Of a stretch of DNA of 64,000 nt, positions 55,317 to 64,000 are shown one piece after another. Each line of letters begins with the position of its first letter. Within the stretch, counting starts at the first letter, position 1. The notes beneath the pieces were generated by a model. The model saw nothing but the letters and a program-made list of their open reading frames with translations, searched no databases and was not told the DNA's origin. This stretch comes from Candidatus Acidiferrales bacterium (GTDB lineage Bacteria; Acidobacteriota; Terriglobia; Acidiferrales; UBA7541): assembly GCA_049287725.1 (NCBI GenBank), contig JBAQGJ010000123.1:19901-83900 (forward strand), given 5' to 3'. The position numbers and the translations under genes are program-made.

Positions 55317-55681
55317 GCGCGGGCGATCCGGGAATTAGGGATGGGATTGTCCGCGATCCCAGGCGGGAAAAACGGCTTGTTTGGTAGCGACAGCGAATAT
55401 CGAGTGCTCGTCAGTTTGTATCGAATAAGAATTGGCTCGGGTCTTTGTTTTGAACAACTTACGCGGTTTCGTGTTCTGGAAAAGCGGCAATTTGTATCGA
55501 GAAGTGACAGGGTGGTGGGGACGTCGATAGACGCGGATTGCAGCGTCTCGTGTAGTTGGTGCTGGCCGTTATGTCGCAAAAAAATCATCGGACCATCTTA
55601 GAGAGACAGGCCTGAGAATGCAAATTGGGTGTGTGCTACGAGTTCCTATGAGGGGCACTTACTGCACGCCGCGGACTACAA

Positions 55682-55714
55682 GCAAGAGAGATTCTTCGCT
55701 TCGCTCAGAATGAC
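55682..55714 (+). repeat. Repeat copy A (33 nt) of a short hairpin-containing element
   Basis: GCAAGAGAGATTCTTCGCTTCGCTCAGAATGAC, identical to 56318-56350. Confidence 0.9.
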
Positions 55715-55865
55715 GGCTTAAAGGCAAAGGCAACGGCAACGGCTCAAATGCGGAGACACGGCCTAAAGGCAACGGCGACAACTTAGATGCAAAGGCGGGG
55801 CATAAGTGCGGAGGCGACGGCGTAGAGATGACTTGGGGCGGCGTTGTTGGGGGAACGCGATGGGA

Positions 55866-56171
55866 TCAGTCTTGCTTTAGCGGGATGAAATCTTCGGCCA
55901 GATCTTTCCAGGTTGGGTTTGTGGATTCGATCAGGGCGACTTTTCTTGAACGCAGCCAGCCTTTGATTTGTTTTTCTCGTGCGATGGCTCTGTGGATGTC
56001 GCTGAATTGTTCCCGGTAGACCAGGCGCGTTACGTTGTATTTTTTCGTGAAGCCCTGGAGGAGCTTCTCACGGTGCTCGGTCATTCGTCCAGTGAGTCGG
56101 CTGGTGACACCTGTGTAGAGGACTCCGGATTTGCTGGCTAGGATATAGACGTAGCCGCCTTTCGTGCGCAC
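55866..56171 (-). CDS. GIY-YIG nuclease-family small protein (UPF0213-like)
   Basis: GYVYILAS..GVLYTGVTS.L..R..EHR, YNV.RLVY.E.F.....AI.REKQIKGW.R.KK-like pattern. 101 aa. Confidence 0.85.
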   Translation of the reverse strand: MRTKGGYVYILASKSGVLYTGVTSRLTGRMTEHREKLLQGFTKKYNVTRLVYREQFSDIHRAIAREKQIKGWLRSRKVALIESTNPTWKDLAEDFIPLKQD

Positions 56172-56189
56172 ATGTCACCTTCGAGCGTC

Positions 56190-56233
56190 GTCATTCTGAG
56201 CCCCGGATTTTTCGGGGCGAAGAATCTCTCTTG
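56190..56233 (-). repeat. Repeat copy B, inverted orientation, with an expanded internal hairpin
   Basis: GTCATTCTGAG-CCCCGGATTTTTCGGGG-CGAAGAATCTCTCTTG. Its ends are the reverse complement of copies A/C. Lies 19 nt upstream of the GIY-YIG start. Confidence 0.85.
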
Positions 56234-56317
56234 GCTTTTTGGGTGCGACTGCACGATCAGTCCGTTTTGCAGCTGCGAAGTACGCGATGGCTTACATCTC
56301 GCACGTTGTTACAGAAG

Positions 56318-56350
56318 GCAAGAGAGATTCTTCGCTTCGCTCAGAATGAC
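56318..56350 (+). repeat. Repeat copy C (33 nt), identical to copy A
   Basis: Exact 33/33 match to 55682-55714. Both copies share diverged flanks (TTGGGTG... upstream, RGCTTAAA.GCAA.GGCA.CGGC downstream). Confidence 0.9.
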
Positions 56351-56416
56351 AGCTTAAACGCAATGGCAGCGGCGAGCACAATGGCAACGGCGCTGACGCA
56401 CCGCGCACCGGACGCG

Positions 56417-56445
56417 AAAAAAAAGGGCGGGTCTTAGACCCGCCC
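56417..56445 (-). terminator. Rho-independent terminator of ahcY
   Basis: On the - strand: GGGCGGGTC-TAA-GACCCGCCC followed by TTTTTTTT, 33 nt after the ahcY stop. Confidence 0.8.
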
Positions 56446-56477
56446 CTACAAACATGTACCCGACACCGAGCTTGAAA

Positions 56478-57764
<1,287 letters not shown>

Positions 57765-57867
57765 TTAGATTTAGAGTGCGAAAAATTCGGGCCGAAAATC
57801 TTTTTACCGCAGAGACGCAGAGTGCGCAGACAAACCCTACGGCGACGGGGCCGGCGGGGACAAAGAA

Positions 57868-57887
57868 GGGCACGGCATGCCGTGCCC
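57868..57887 (-). terminator. Perfect palindromic hairpin between metK and ahcY (possible attenuator or partial terminator)
   Basis: GGGCACGGCATGCCGTGCCC, 7 nt after the metK stop. On the - strand it is followed by TTCTTTG. Confidence 0.4.
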
Positions 57888-57893
57888 CTACGG

Positions 57894-59075
57894 CTAACTT
57901 CGTGAGACAGCTACGGCGCCGCGGCTGCCGGCTTCCTTGCGGATGGCTTCGGCTTTGTCGGTTCGTTCCCAGGTGAAGCCCGGGCCAGTGCGGCCGAAAT
58001 GGCCGTAGGCCGAGGTGGGACGATAGATCGGCCGACGCAAATCGAGCGTCTCGATGATGCCTTTCGGAGTGAGCTTAAAGAAGCCGCGAATCAGCTCGGT
58101 GATCTGCGAGTTCGGAATCGTGCCGGTGCCGAAAGTATCGGCCATCACGGACACAGGTTCCGCAACGCCGATCGCGTAGGCAATCTGCACTTCCACTTTG
58201 GTGGCGAGGCCCGCCGCGACGATATTCTTCGCGACGTAGCGCGCCATGTAGCACGCGGAGCGGTCCACCTTCGTTGGATCTTTTCCGGAGAGCGCGCCGC
58301 CACCATGCCGGCTGTAACCGCCGTAGGTGTCCACGATGATTTTGCGTCCGGTGAGGCCGGCGTCGCCCATCGGGCCGCCAGTGACGAAACGTCCGGTCGG
58401 ATTGATGTGATATTTGGTCTTCTTATCCACCATCGCGGCCGGCAGCACGGGCTTGATTACTTCGTTCAAAACCGCGTCGTGCAGATCGCTAGTGGAAACT
58501 TTGTCGCTATGCTGCGTGGAGATGACCACGGTGTCCACGCGGACAGGACGGCCGTCAACGTATTCGATGGTGACTTGGGACTTGCCATCGGGCCGGAGGA
58601 AATCAACCACGCCCTTCTTGCGGACTTCCGCGAGTTTGTGCGTGAGGCTGTGCGCCAGTTGGATCGGCATGGGCATCAGCTCGGGCGTCTCGTCGCACGC
58701 GAACCCGAACATCAGGCCTTGGTCGCCGGCGCCGCCGGTATCCACGCCCATGGCGATGTCCGGAGATTGCCGGTTGATGGCGCAGATCACTCCGCAGGTA
58801 TCGGCATCGAAGCCGTACTTCGCGCGGGTGTAGCCGACGTCCTTGATAACGCCGCGGGCCACGTCCGAAAACGGTACGTAGGTAGAAGTGGTGATTTCCC
58901 CGGCGACAACGATGAGGCCGGTGGTGACCAGCGTTTCGCAGGCGACGCGGCCTGTGGGGTCGTCCGTCATGACTGCGTCTAAAACGGCGTCGGAAATTTG
59001 GTCAGCGATTTTATCGGGGTGACCCTCGGTCACAGACTCCGAGGTAAACAAGAACTTCTCATCGGCGTGTGGCAA
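57894..59075 (-). CDS. metK: S-adenosylmethionine synthase
   Basis: [51 protein letters not shown]. Start placed at TTG 59075 (GGAGGA 8 nt upstream); the ORF is open to TTG 59105. Confidence 0.9.
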   Translation of the reverse strand: MPHADEKFLFTSESVTEGHPDKIADQISDAVLDAVMTDDPTGRVACETLVTTGLIVVAGEITTSTYVPFSDVARGVIKDVGYTRAKYGFDADTCGVICAINRQSPDIAMGVDTGGAGDQGLMFGFACDETPELMPMPIQLAHSLTHKLAEVRKKGVVDFLRPDGKSQVTIEYVDGRPVRVDTVVISTQHSDKVSTSDLHDAVLNEVIKPVLPAAMVDKKTKYHINPTGRFVTGGPMGDAGLTGRKIIVDTYGGYSRHGGGALSGKDPTKVDRSACYMARYVAKNIVAAGLATKVEVQIAYAIGVAEPVSVMADTFGTGTIPNSQITELIRGFFKLTPKGIIETLDLRRPIYRPTSAYGHFGRTGPGFTWERTDKAEAIRKEAGSRGAVAVSRS

Positions 59076-59150
59076 AAAAGTATCCTCCAGAGGGATATGA
59101 GGCAAACCAAGGGCCTAAGCTGGGTTAGGCGAGACGACTGCAAAAACTAG

Positions 59151-59179
59151 AGGCTAGCATGCGACCATACCCCTGTCAA
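59151..59179 (-). promoter_or_regulatory. Candidate promoter of metK
   Basis: On the - strand: TTGACA - 17 nt - TAGCCT (with TG at -14/-15). Pattern match only. Confidence 0.3.
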
Positions 59180-59327
59180 TCATATGCAGCGAAAGGCCTT
59201 AAATCGCGGCTGAACGGCTGGTTGCGGCCATGGAAATGGGCTTTGGCGTGCGGATTCCGGCTTGGTGGCCGCTGTGCACGGGAACTGTGCTTCCGCAAAG
59301 TGCCTGTAGGCTGCACTCTGGGGTTGG

Positions 59328-60453
59328 TTACGCCATATCCCTTCGGTAGAGCAAGTAGGCGCGGATAAATGGGTCCAGATCGCCGTCCAGGACCTTTTGG
59401 ACGTCGCCACGCTCGACCTTCGTGCGGTGATCCTTGATGAGTTGGTAGGGCTGCATGGTGTAGGAGCGGATCTGGCTGCCGAAGCTGATTTCGGGCTTGG
59501 ACGCGTCAAGCTTGCTAAGGGCGTCGCGGCGCTTTTCCAGTTCGAGCTCGTAGAGCTGCGAGCGCAGGACTTTCATGGCGATTTCGCGGTTCTTGTGCTG
59601 GCTGCGCTCGTTCTGGCACTGCACGACGATCCCGGAGGGCAAGTGCGTGATGCGCACCGCGGATTCCACCTTGTTGACGTTCTGGCCGCCGTGGCCGCCC
59701 GCGCGGAAAGTGTCAATGCGCAAATCGTCGGGCTTCACGTTGATTTCGATGCGGTCGTCAATTTCCGGTATGACGAACACCGACGCGAAGCTCGTGTGGC
59801 GGCGGGCGGCTTGGTCGAACGGTGAAATGCGCACCAGGCGATGCACGCCGCTTTCGCCGGAGAGCATGCCGTAGGCGTTTTCGCCTTCGATTTGCACCGT
59901 GGCGGATTTGATGCCTGCTTCTTCGCCCGGCGTGGAATCGAGAATCGTCGCGCGGAACCCTTTTTGTTCGGCCCAGCGCAGGTACATGCGCAGCAGCATT
60001 TCGGCCCAGTCTTGCGATTCGGTGCCGCCGGCGCCGGGCTTGACGGTGACGATGGCGTTGAGGCGATCGTTCTCGCCGGCTAGCAGCGTTTTGGTTTCCA
60101 GCTCGGAGAGATAGGTGTCCGTTGTGGCCAGTTCTTTCGCGACGTCCTCTAGCAGCGAATCGCGCTGAGCGTCGTCTTTTTCTTCTTGGGCCAGGCCGAA
60201 ATAGGTTTCGATGTCGCTTTTTTTGCGATCGAGGGATGCTTCGGCGTTCACGCGGTCTTCGACCTGCTTGCGTTCTTGCAGCGTTTCCTGGGCTTTGGCT
60301 TGATCCTGCCAGAAATTGGGGTCGCTGGTTTTGGCTTCTAGCGCGGCGAGTTGTTTGCGTGCGGAATCGGCGTCAAAGAAAGCTCCGCACGAGCTGGATG
60401 CGTTTATTCAGCTCGGCGAAGCGTTGCTGGAGGTCTTCGATGTGTTCGGCCAT
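59328..60453 (-). CDS. prfB: Peptide chain release factor 2, requires programmed +1 frameshift (frame 0: 60453..60376; +1 frame: 60374..59328)
   Basis: ATG 60453 gives [26 protein letters not shown], then in-frame TGA. The +1 frame continues [24 protein letters not shown]... into the 307-aa ORF with SPF (RISPFD) and GGQ ([16 protein letters not shown]) motifs. Confidence 0.9.
60372..60378 (-). promoter_or_regulatory. prfB autoregulatory +1 frameshift site CTT TGA C
   Basis: The - strand reads GGAGCTTTCTTTGAC: the slippery CTT, UGA followed by C, and an internal SD-like GGAG upstream. Confidence 0.85.
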
Positions 60454-60467
60454 AGGGTGTTCACATG

Positions 60468-62246
60468 CTAATTGATTTTTCGGCTAGTGTCATCCCGCGT
60501 GGAACCATGGCGCCAGAACAGCGCCACTCCCAGCAGCGCGATCGTCACGACGATGCACAACCATGAGAACCAATCGCCGAAGCGGACGTAGGGCGTTAGG
60601 TCGCTGCGGAAATCGTAGGGGGCGTCTAGCTGGCCGCGAATGTCCAGTTGCAATTGCGCGGCTGTGCGGCCGTAGGGATCTATGGACTCGGTGTAACCGT
60701 TGTTGGTATCGCGCAAAAGCCAGCGGCGATTTTCTACTGCGCGGACGCGCGCCATTGCCATGTGCTGTTCAGGTGCTGACGAACGGCCGAACCAGCCATC
60801 GTTCGAGATGGTGACCAGCAGCTGGGCGCCATCTGCGGTGAAATGGCGTACTTCGCTTGGAAAAATCGCTTCGTAGCAGATAAAGGTGCCGAATTTGCCC
60901 TGCGGCAGTTGCGCGATGCTGTATGCCGAGCCCGGCGTGAAATCGGAAATGTCCGCGGTTAGTTTCTTCGCAAACGAGAGCCAGCCGCGCAGCGGGACGT
61001 ATTCGCCGAACGGCAGCAGATGAATCTTGTTGTACGAATAGACGCGCTCGCCGGCGGGATTCAGCATGACCGCGCTATTGAACGCCAGCCACTTCTCTCC
61101 GGGTAGCACTTTCCAGTCCACCACGCCGACCAGAAAATAATTCCCTGCCTCGCGCGCGATACGCTCGGCGCGCTGCGCAAACGCCGGCTCGGTAAACGTG
61201 AACGGCGCCGGAACCTCGGGCCAAATCACAATTCCCGGCGCGCGGTGCGCGGCGTCCACGCTGATTTGTTCGAGCTGGTCGAGTTCTCCGGCGTGCACTG
61301 CGAGCCAATCGACCGGATAACTCTCCGACTGCGGAAAATTGGTCTGGACCAGATGCGCGACGTAACGAGGTGTAGGCGATGGGATTAAATATGGACCGGC
61401 CAACGCGACCATGACTAGCACGATCGTGACGATCGCGGCTAACTTCCATGCGGCGAAGCTTCGCCCCGTGGCTTCAGGGGCTAAAGCCCCTAGAGAGGAG
61501 GAGAGCTTTTTGTCGGAGCTAAAGCTCCGACCCCCTGAAACTGAAACCCGGTACTCTGATTGGAGCGGTTCAGAAACGGCTTCAGGGGCTGAAGCCCCTT
61601 CGTTTTTGGCGGTCTTACGGCGGGACTGAAGTCCCGCCCTTCCTGCAAGCCCGAGACCCGGAGCAGCCAGGATTTCGTTTTTCGCTGCAAACTGGATGAG
61701 CGCGTAGGCCAGGAGCGAACCGTACGCCGCAATCAGAAAGCACAGGCCGTAAATTCCGGTCACCGACGTGATCTGCAGCAGCGCCATGCTGCGCGCCGCG
61801 GGATAGCCGGACAAATCCCACGACGATCCAATAATCGGAATATTCGTGCGGAAAAATTCGAGCGCGGTCCACAGAAACGGCGCCAGCATGCAAGCCAGCA
61901 GCTTGCTTTTCTTCGACGCCAGCGCGACGCCGGTGGAAAAAATCATGCAAATCAAGCCGCCGACGAATCCGATCAGCCCCACGAAAGCGCCCGCGATCCA
62001 CGGGTCAATATTTCCGTACTGCCGCATGACGGTGTCCACCCACGGCAGGCACACCGGATAAAAGACCTGGCCGTGCAGAAATCCGTAGAGTGGCGCTTCT
62101 TTCAGTGGCGCGCCGCAGCAAGCGAGCACGAGCATGCCCATGGCGATCCACGCCAGCAGGTACAAATTGTAATTGGGAAACGCGAGGCCGAGCGCGACTC
62201 CACTCCCTATGGCGAGCAAGACTCGCGCGTAACGAGGCAAGTTCAT
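60468..62246 (-). CDS. lnt: Apolipoprotein N-acyltransferase with ~65-aa in-frame insertion
   Basis: N-terminal multi-TM. CN-hydrolase domain (VIWPE, K..LLPFGEYVP, ICYE..F). C-terminal TM. 592 aa. Confidence 0.85.
   Translation of the reverse strand: MNLPRYARVLLAIGSGVALGLAFPNYNLYLLAWIAMGMLVLACCGAPLKEAPLYGFLHGQVFYPVCLPWVDTVMRQYGNIDPWIAGAFVGLIGFVGGLICMIFSTGVALASKKSKLLACMLAPFLWTALEFFRTNIPIIGSSWDLSGYPAARSMALLQITSVTGIYGLCFLIAAYGSLLAYALIQFAAKNEILAAPGLGLAGRAGLQSRRKTAKNEGASAPEAVSEPLQSEYRVSVSGGRSFSSDKKLSSSLGALAPEATGRSFAAWKLAAIVTIVLVMVALAGPYLIPSPTPRYVAHLVQTNFPQSESYPVDWLAVHAGELDQLEQISVDAAHRAPGIVIWPEVPAPFTFTEPAFAQRAERIAREAGNYFLVGVVDWKVLPGEKWLAFNSAVMLNPAGERVYSYNKIHLLPFGEYVPLRGWLSFAKKLTADISDFTPGSAYSIAQLPQGKFGTFICYEAIFPSEVRHFTADGAQLLVTISNDGWFGRSSAPEQHMAMARVRAVENRRWLLRDTNNGYTESIDPYGRTAAQLQLDIRGQLDAPYDFRSDLTPYVRFGDWFSWLCIVVTIALLGVALFWRHGSTRDDTSRKIN
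61452..61638. repeat. Cluster of five short GC-hairpins (REP-like) inside the lnt ORF
   Basis: GGCGAAGCTTCGCC (61452-65), GGGGCTAAAGCCCC (61477-90), GGAGCTAAAGCTCC (61515-28), GGGGCTGAAGCCCC (61585-98), GGCGGGACTGAAGTCCCGCC (61619-38). Also a 21-nt direct repeat with 1 mismatch at 61470-90 / 61578-98. Confidence 0.7.
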
Positions 62247-62526
62247 TCAGTGTTTGATTATAGGGTCTCCCAGCCTCAGAAAACGCCAATAAAGACGAGG
62301 GGTCTAACGGTTGCTACCAAATTGTCACCGTTGAGCGAACTAGCCCCACTCAGTTTCTCCTGACGGCTTTTTGACCAATAAAGAGAGACTGCCGGTTTGT
62401 GGCGATTCCAGATGGCAATTCGATGCATTGGCGTTCCGGTTTGATAAGGTACCCGGCACGTGGCCGTGCCGTCAATGGAAAGGAAGTTTGCTAGGCGGTT
62501 TGTTACAATGACCGCAGGAGAGATTC

Positions 62527-62760
62527 ATGCGCTCAGACGATGGAAAGCTCTTTCAACATGTTGTTGGTGTCACAGACCGCAATGTCGAGACCGGCGAAGA
62601 GTTCGCAGCCGACACGCTCAAAACCAACAAGCCGCTAGCCGTGGGAGAGAATATCGAAGTCGGCGGCAAGGTGTATCAATACCGTGGTGAAGACAGCTTG
62701 GGGTGTTCTATCTTCACATCGCCCGGACAGCATGTTTTGAGTGCCCGGTTCGGAAAGTAG
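62527..62760 (+). CDS. Small hypothetical protein (77 aa) in the lower-G+C islet
   Basis: ATG preceded by AGGAGA (5-6 nt spacer). No motif recognised. Confidence 0.5.
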   Translation: MRSDDGKLFQHVVGVTDRNVETGEEFAADTLKTNKPLAVGENIEVGGKVYQYRGEDSLGCSIFTSPGQHVLSARFGK

Positions 62761-62771
62761 TTCGGAGGTCT

Positions 62772-63158
62772 ATGAGCGGCAATCTCCATTCAAGCATCAT
62801 TAGGTTTTTCACCGAAAAAATGGAGGCTCATAATCGTGTTGAGCGGTGCGTACGGCAAAACGCAGATGGCGAATGTATTTTCGAGATTCAGCGCAAAGGC
62901 GACCTCCCGACGTTGATGGTTTACTTGAGCGATGCATACGACTACGGTCTTGGGGAATATCTCTCGCGGCCGCGATCTCTCGGGCGCGGCGACTTTATCC
63001 TTATAGCTGACCCTAATGCGAACTTCGATGAGAGTGTCGTGCCACGCGCCCGCGAAGACGAAATTGGTATCGGTAATATTAAGAAATTTATGGGTGCGCT
63101 GAACTTTAGGAACGTTTGGATGTATGACACTCCAGACGCGAAAAAAGGCAGGCGCTAG
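62772..63158 (+). CDS. Hypothetical protein (128 aa), 11 nt downstream of the 77-aa ORF
   Basis: ATG 62772 preceded by GGAGG. No TM or motif recognised. The 3' end overlaps the convergent NTase gene by 4 nt. Confidence 0.55.
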   Translation: MSGNLHSSIIRFFTEKMEAHNRVERCVRQNADGECIFEIQRKGDLPTLMVYLSDAYDYGLGEYLSRPRSLGRGDFILIADPNANFDESVVPRAREDEIGIGNIKKFMGALNFRNVWMYDTPDAKKGRR

Positions 63159-63766
63159 TCGTTACGCAAAGGCAATTCTTCGTATTTCCCGAGCTTCGAT
63201 ACGAAATTGCTAAATCTCATTTCCTCATTGGCGTGGAATAGTTGCGCGTGTAGAGGGTGATTGAACCGCTGTTTGAATTGCTGCCCAATCTCCGCCTTGA
63301 TTTTCCTACCAGCCTTCGCCACCGCTCTATCCGAGGTAGCCTTAAAAAACACAATCACATCCACGTCGGACGTTGGAAAATGGTCGTGCACGACAGAGCC
63401 AAACAATATCGCTCTTCTGACTCCAAGTTTCCCGTCAGATAGCCGCGCAATAAGCCACCTCGCCGCCTGCTTAAGTAAGTCCTCGTCCTCTAGTTCCTCA
63501 AGAGATGGGGGCGGCTTCGGGAGTGGTCGCTGTTTGACCTCATAGATTATGAGACCTAGGGCTACTGCTGCTATCGGCAATGTTACCCAGAGCGGAGAAA
63601 AATGGGGCACTCTCAGACCGTTTTTCCCTAGCTCCTGTGATAGAAATTTTGCCAGTGGCTCTGAGGAGAAAAGACTCCAAATCGCGGAGAGCCATGGAGG
63701 AAACGACCCAAATAGGAAAACAATCAACGCAGACCAGAAGGGATGCCGTTGGGTGAATTTTCGCAC
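63155..63766 (-). CDS. Membrane-anchored minimal nucleotidyltransferase (2 TM + Pol-beta/MNT-type NTase domain)
   Basis: TM1 FWSALIVFLFGSFPPWLSAIWSLF and TM2 LWVTLPIAAVALGLIIY, then ILFGSVVHDHFPTSDVDVIVF (GS...DxD NTase signature). GTG start with a TATAGT-like element 8 nt upstream and no SD. Confidence 0.65.
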   Translation of the reverse strand: MRKFTQRHPFWSALIVFLFGSFPPWLSAIWSLFSSEPLAKFLSQELGKNGLRVPHFSPLWVTLPIAAVALGLIIYEVKQRPLPKPPPSLEELEDEDLLKQAARWLIARLSDGKLGVRRAILFGSVVHDHFPTSDVDVIVFFKATSDRAVAKAGRKIKAEIGQQFKQRFNHPLHAQLFHANEEMRFSNFVSKLGKYEELPLRND

Positions 63767-64000
63767 GACGTAAGACTATACCGCGTTCGGCTTCCTCGGA
63801 AGGTCATCCCGCGTGGGTTTTGCTATCAAATGCTACCAAATCTGCTAGCATTGCGGCGCAAATCGGACTAGGGCGGACTAACGTCTGGTTTGGCTAAGTG
63901 GCAGCAAACGCAGAAAATCCCCGCTTTTGTTGGCCCTTCAAGGTTGGCGGTTCTTAATTATAGGCTTAAAGCCCAGTTGTTCGAGGGAGCGCTTGGCGCT

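Noticed and set aside
59076-59327. SAM riboswitch in the metK leader, and an SAH riboswitch in the ahcY leader (57753-57893).
   Set aside because: I could not recognise the conserved cores of SAM-I/II/IV or SAH elements on the - strand. The leaders look short and promoter-proximal. A covariance-model scan would be needed to be certain.
60489-60502. Exact 14-nt repeat GTCATCCCGCGTGG at 60489-60502 and 63803-63816, considered as island att sites.
   Set aside because: For a 64-kb window, several exact 14-mers shared by chance are expected (about N^2/2 x 4^-14 per orientation). One copy lies inside the lnt coding sequence, far from the compositional boundary.
62312-62321. 10-nt direct repeat GCTACCAAAT at 62312-62321 and 63832-63841, flanking the three islet ORFs.
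   Set aside because: A 10-mer match is far below significance in 64 kb, and there is no integrase or tRNA to support an insertion model.

Overview
High-G+C, almost fully coding bacterial chromosomal window. Gene content, Pro/Ala-rich linkers and short GC-hairpin repeats suggest a soil Acidobacteriota-type genome, but that is only an impression. I recognised no rRNA, tRNA, CRISPR array, transposase or integrase. Layout: (i) 0-5.3 kb: GT4 glycosyltransferase fragment, two small envelope proteins, an orphan LytS-type kinase, ribA, a SnoaL-like protein, and thiS coupled to an unknown ORF. (ii) 5.4-30.6 kb: a respiratory super-locus of two paralogous complex I clusters that converge. The + strand carries nuoA-C-D-(E::F fusion)-G-H-J-K-L-M-N. 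The - strand carries nuoA-C-D-H-J-K-L-M-N, which runs without a break into atpZ-atpI-atpB-atpE. Neither cluster encodes NuoB or NuoI. (iii) 30.7-41.8 kb, housekeeping: mog/moaB, a REC-DUF4388 regulator, moaC, moeA, purA, tag, a CWC protein, trxA (WCRPC site), glgA, rsmA, a GDPD phosphodiesterase and malate synthase A. (iv) 42-45.7 kb: membrane protein / LiaF-like / LytS-type kinase / LytTR regulator module. (v) 45.85-50.9 kb, the most unusual locus: a tight four-gene operon. It encodes a coiled-coil protein, a bitopic protein with a Roadblock/LC7-like cytoplasmic segment and a periplasmic OmpA-like domain, a eukaryote-like Rab/Ras-type small GTPase, and a soluble hybrid HisKA-HATPase-REC-HPt kinase. 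(vi) 51-62.2 kb: secreted protein, tldD-pmbA, a GIY-YIG gene embedded in a 33-44 nt repeat family, ahcY, metK, prfB (+1 frameshift), and lnt with an in-frame hairpin-repeat insertion. (vii) 62.25-64 kb: a lower-G+C islet with a toxin-antitoxin-sized gene pair and a membrane-anchored minimal nucleotidyltransferase. All family assignments come from reading motifs in the translated ORFs; no database search was possible.
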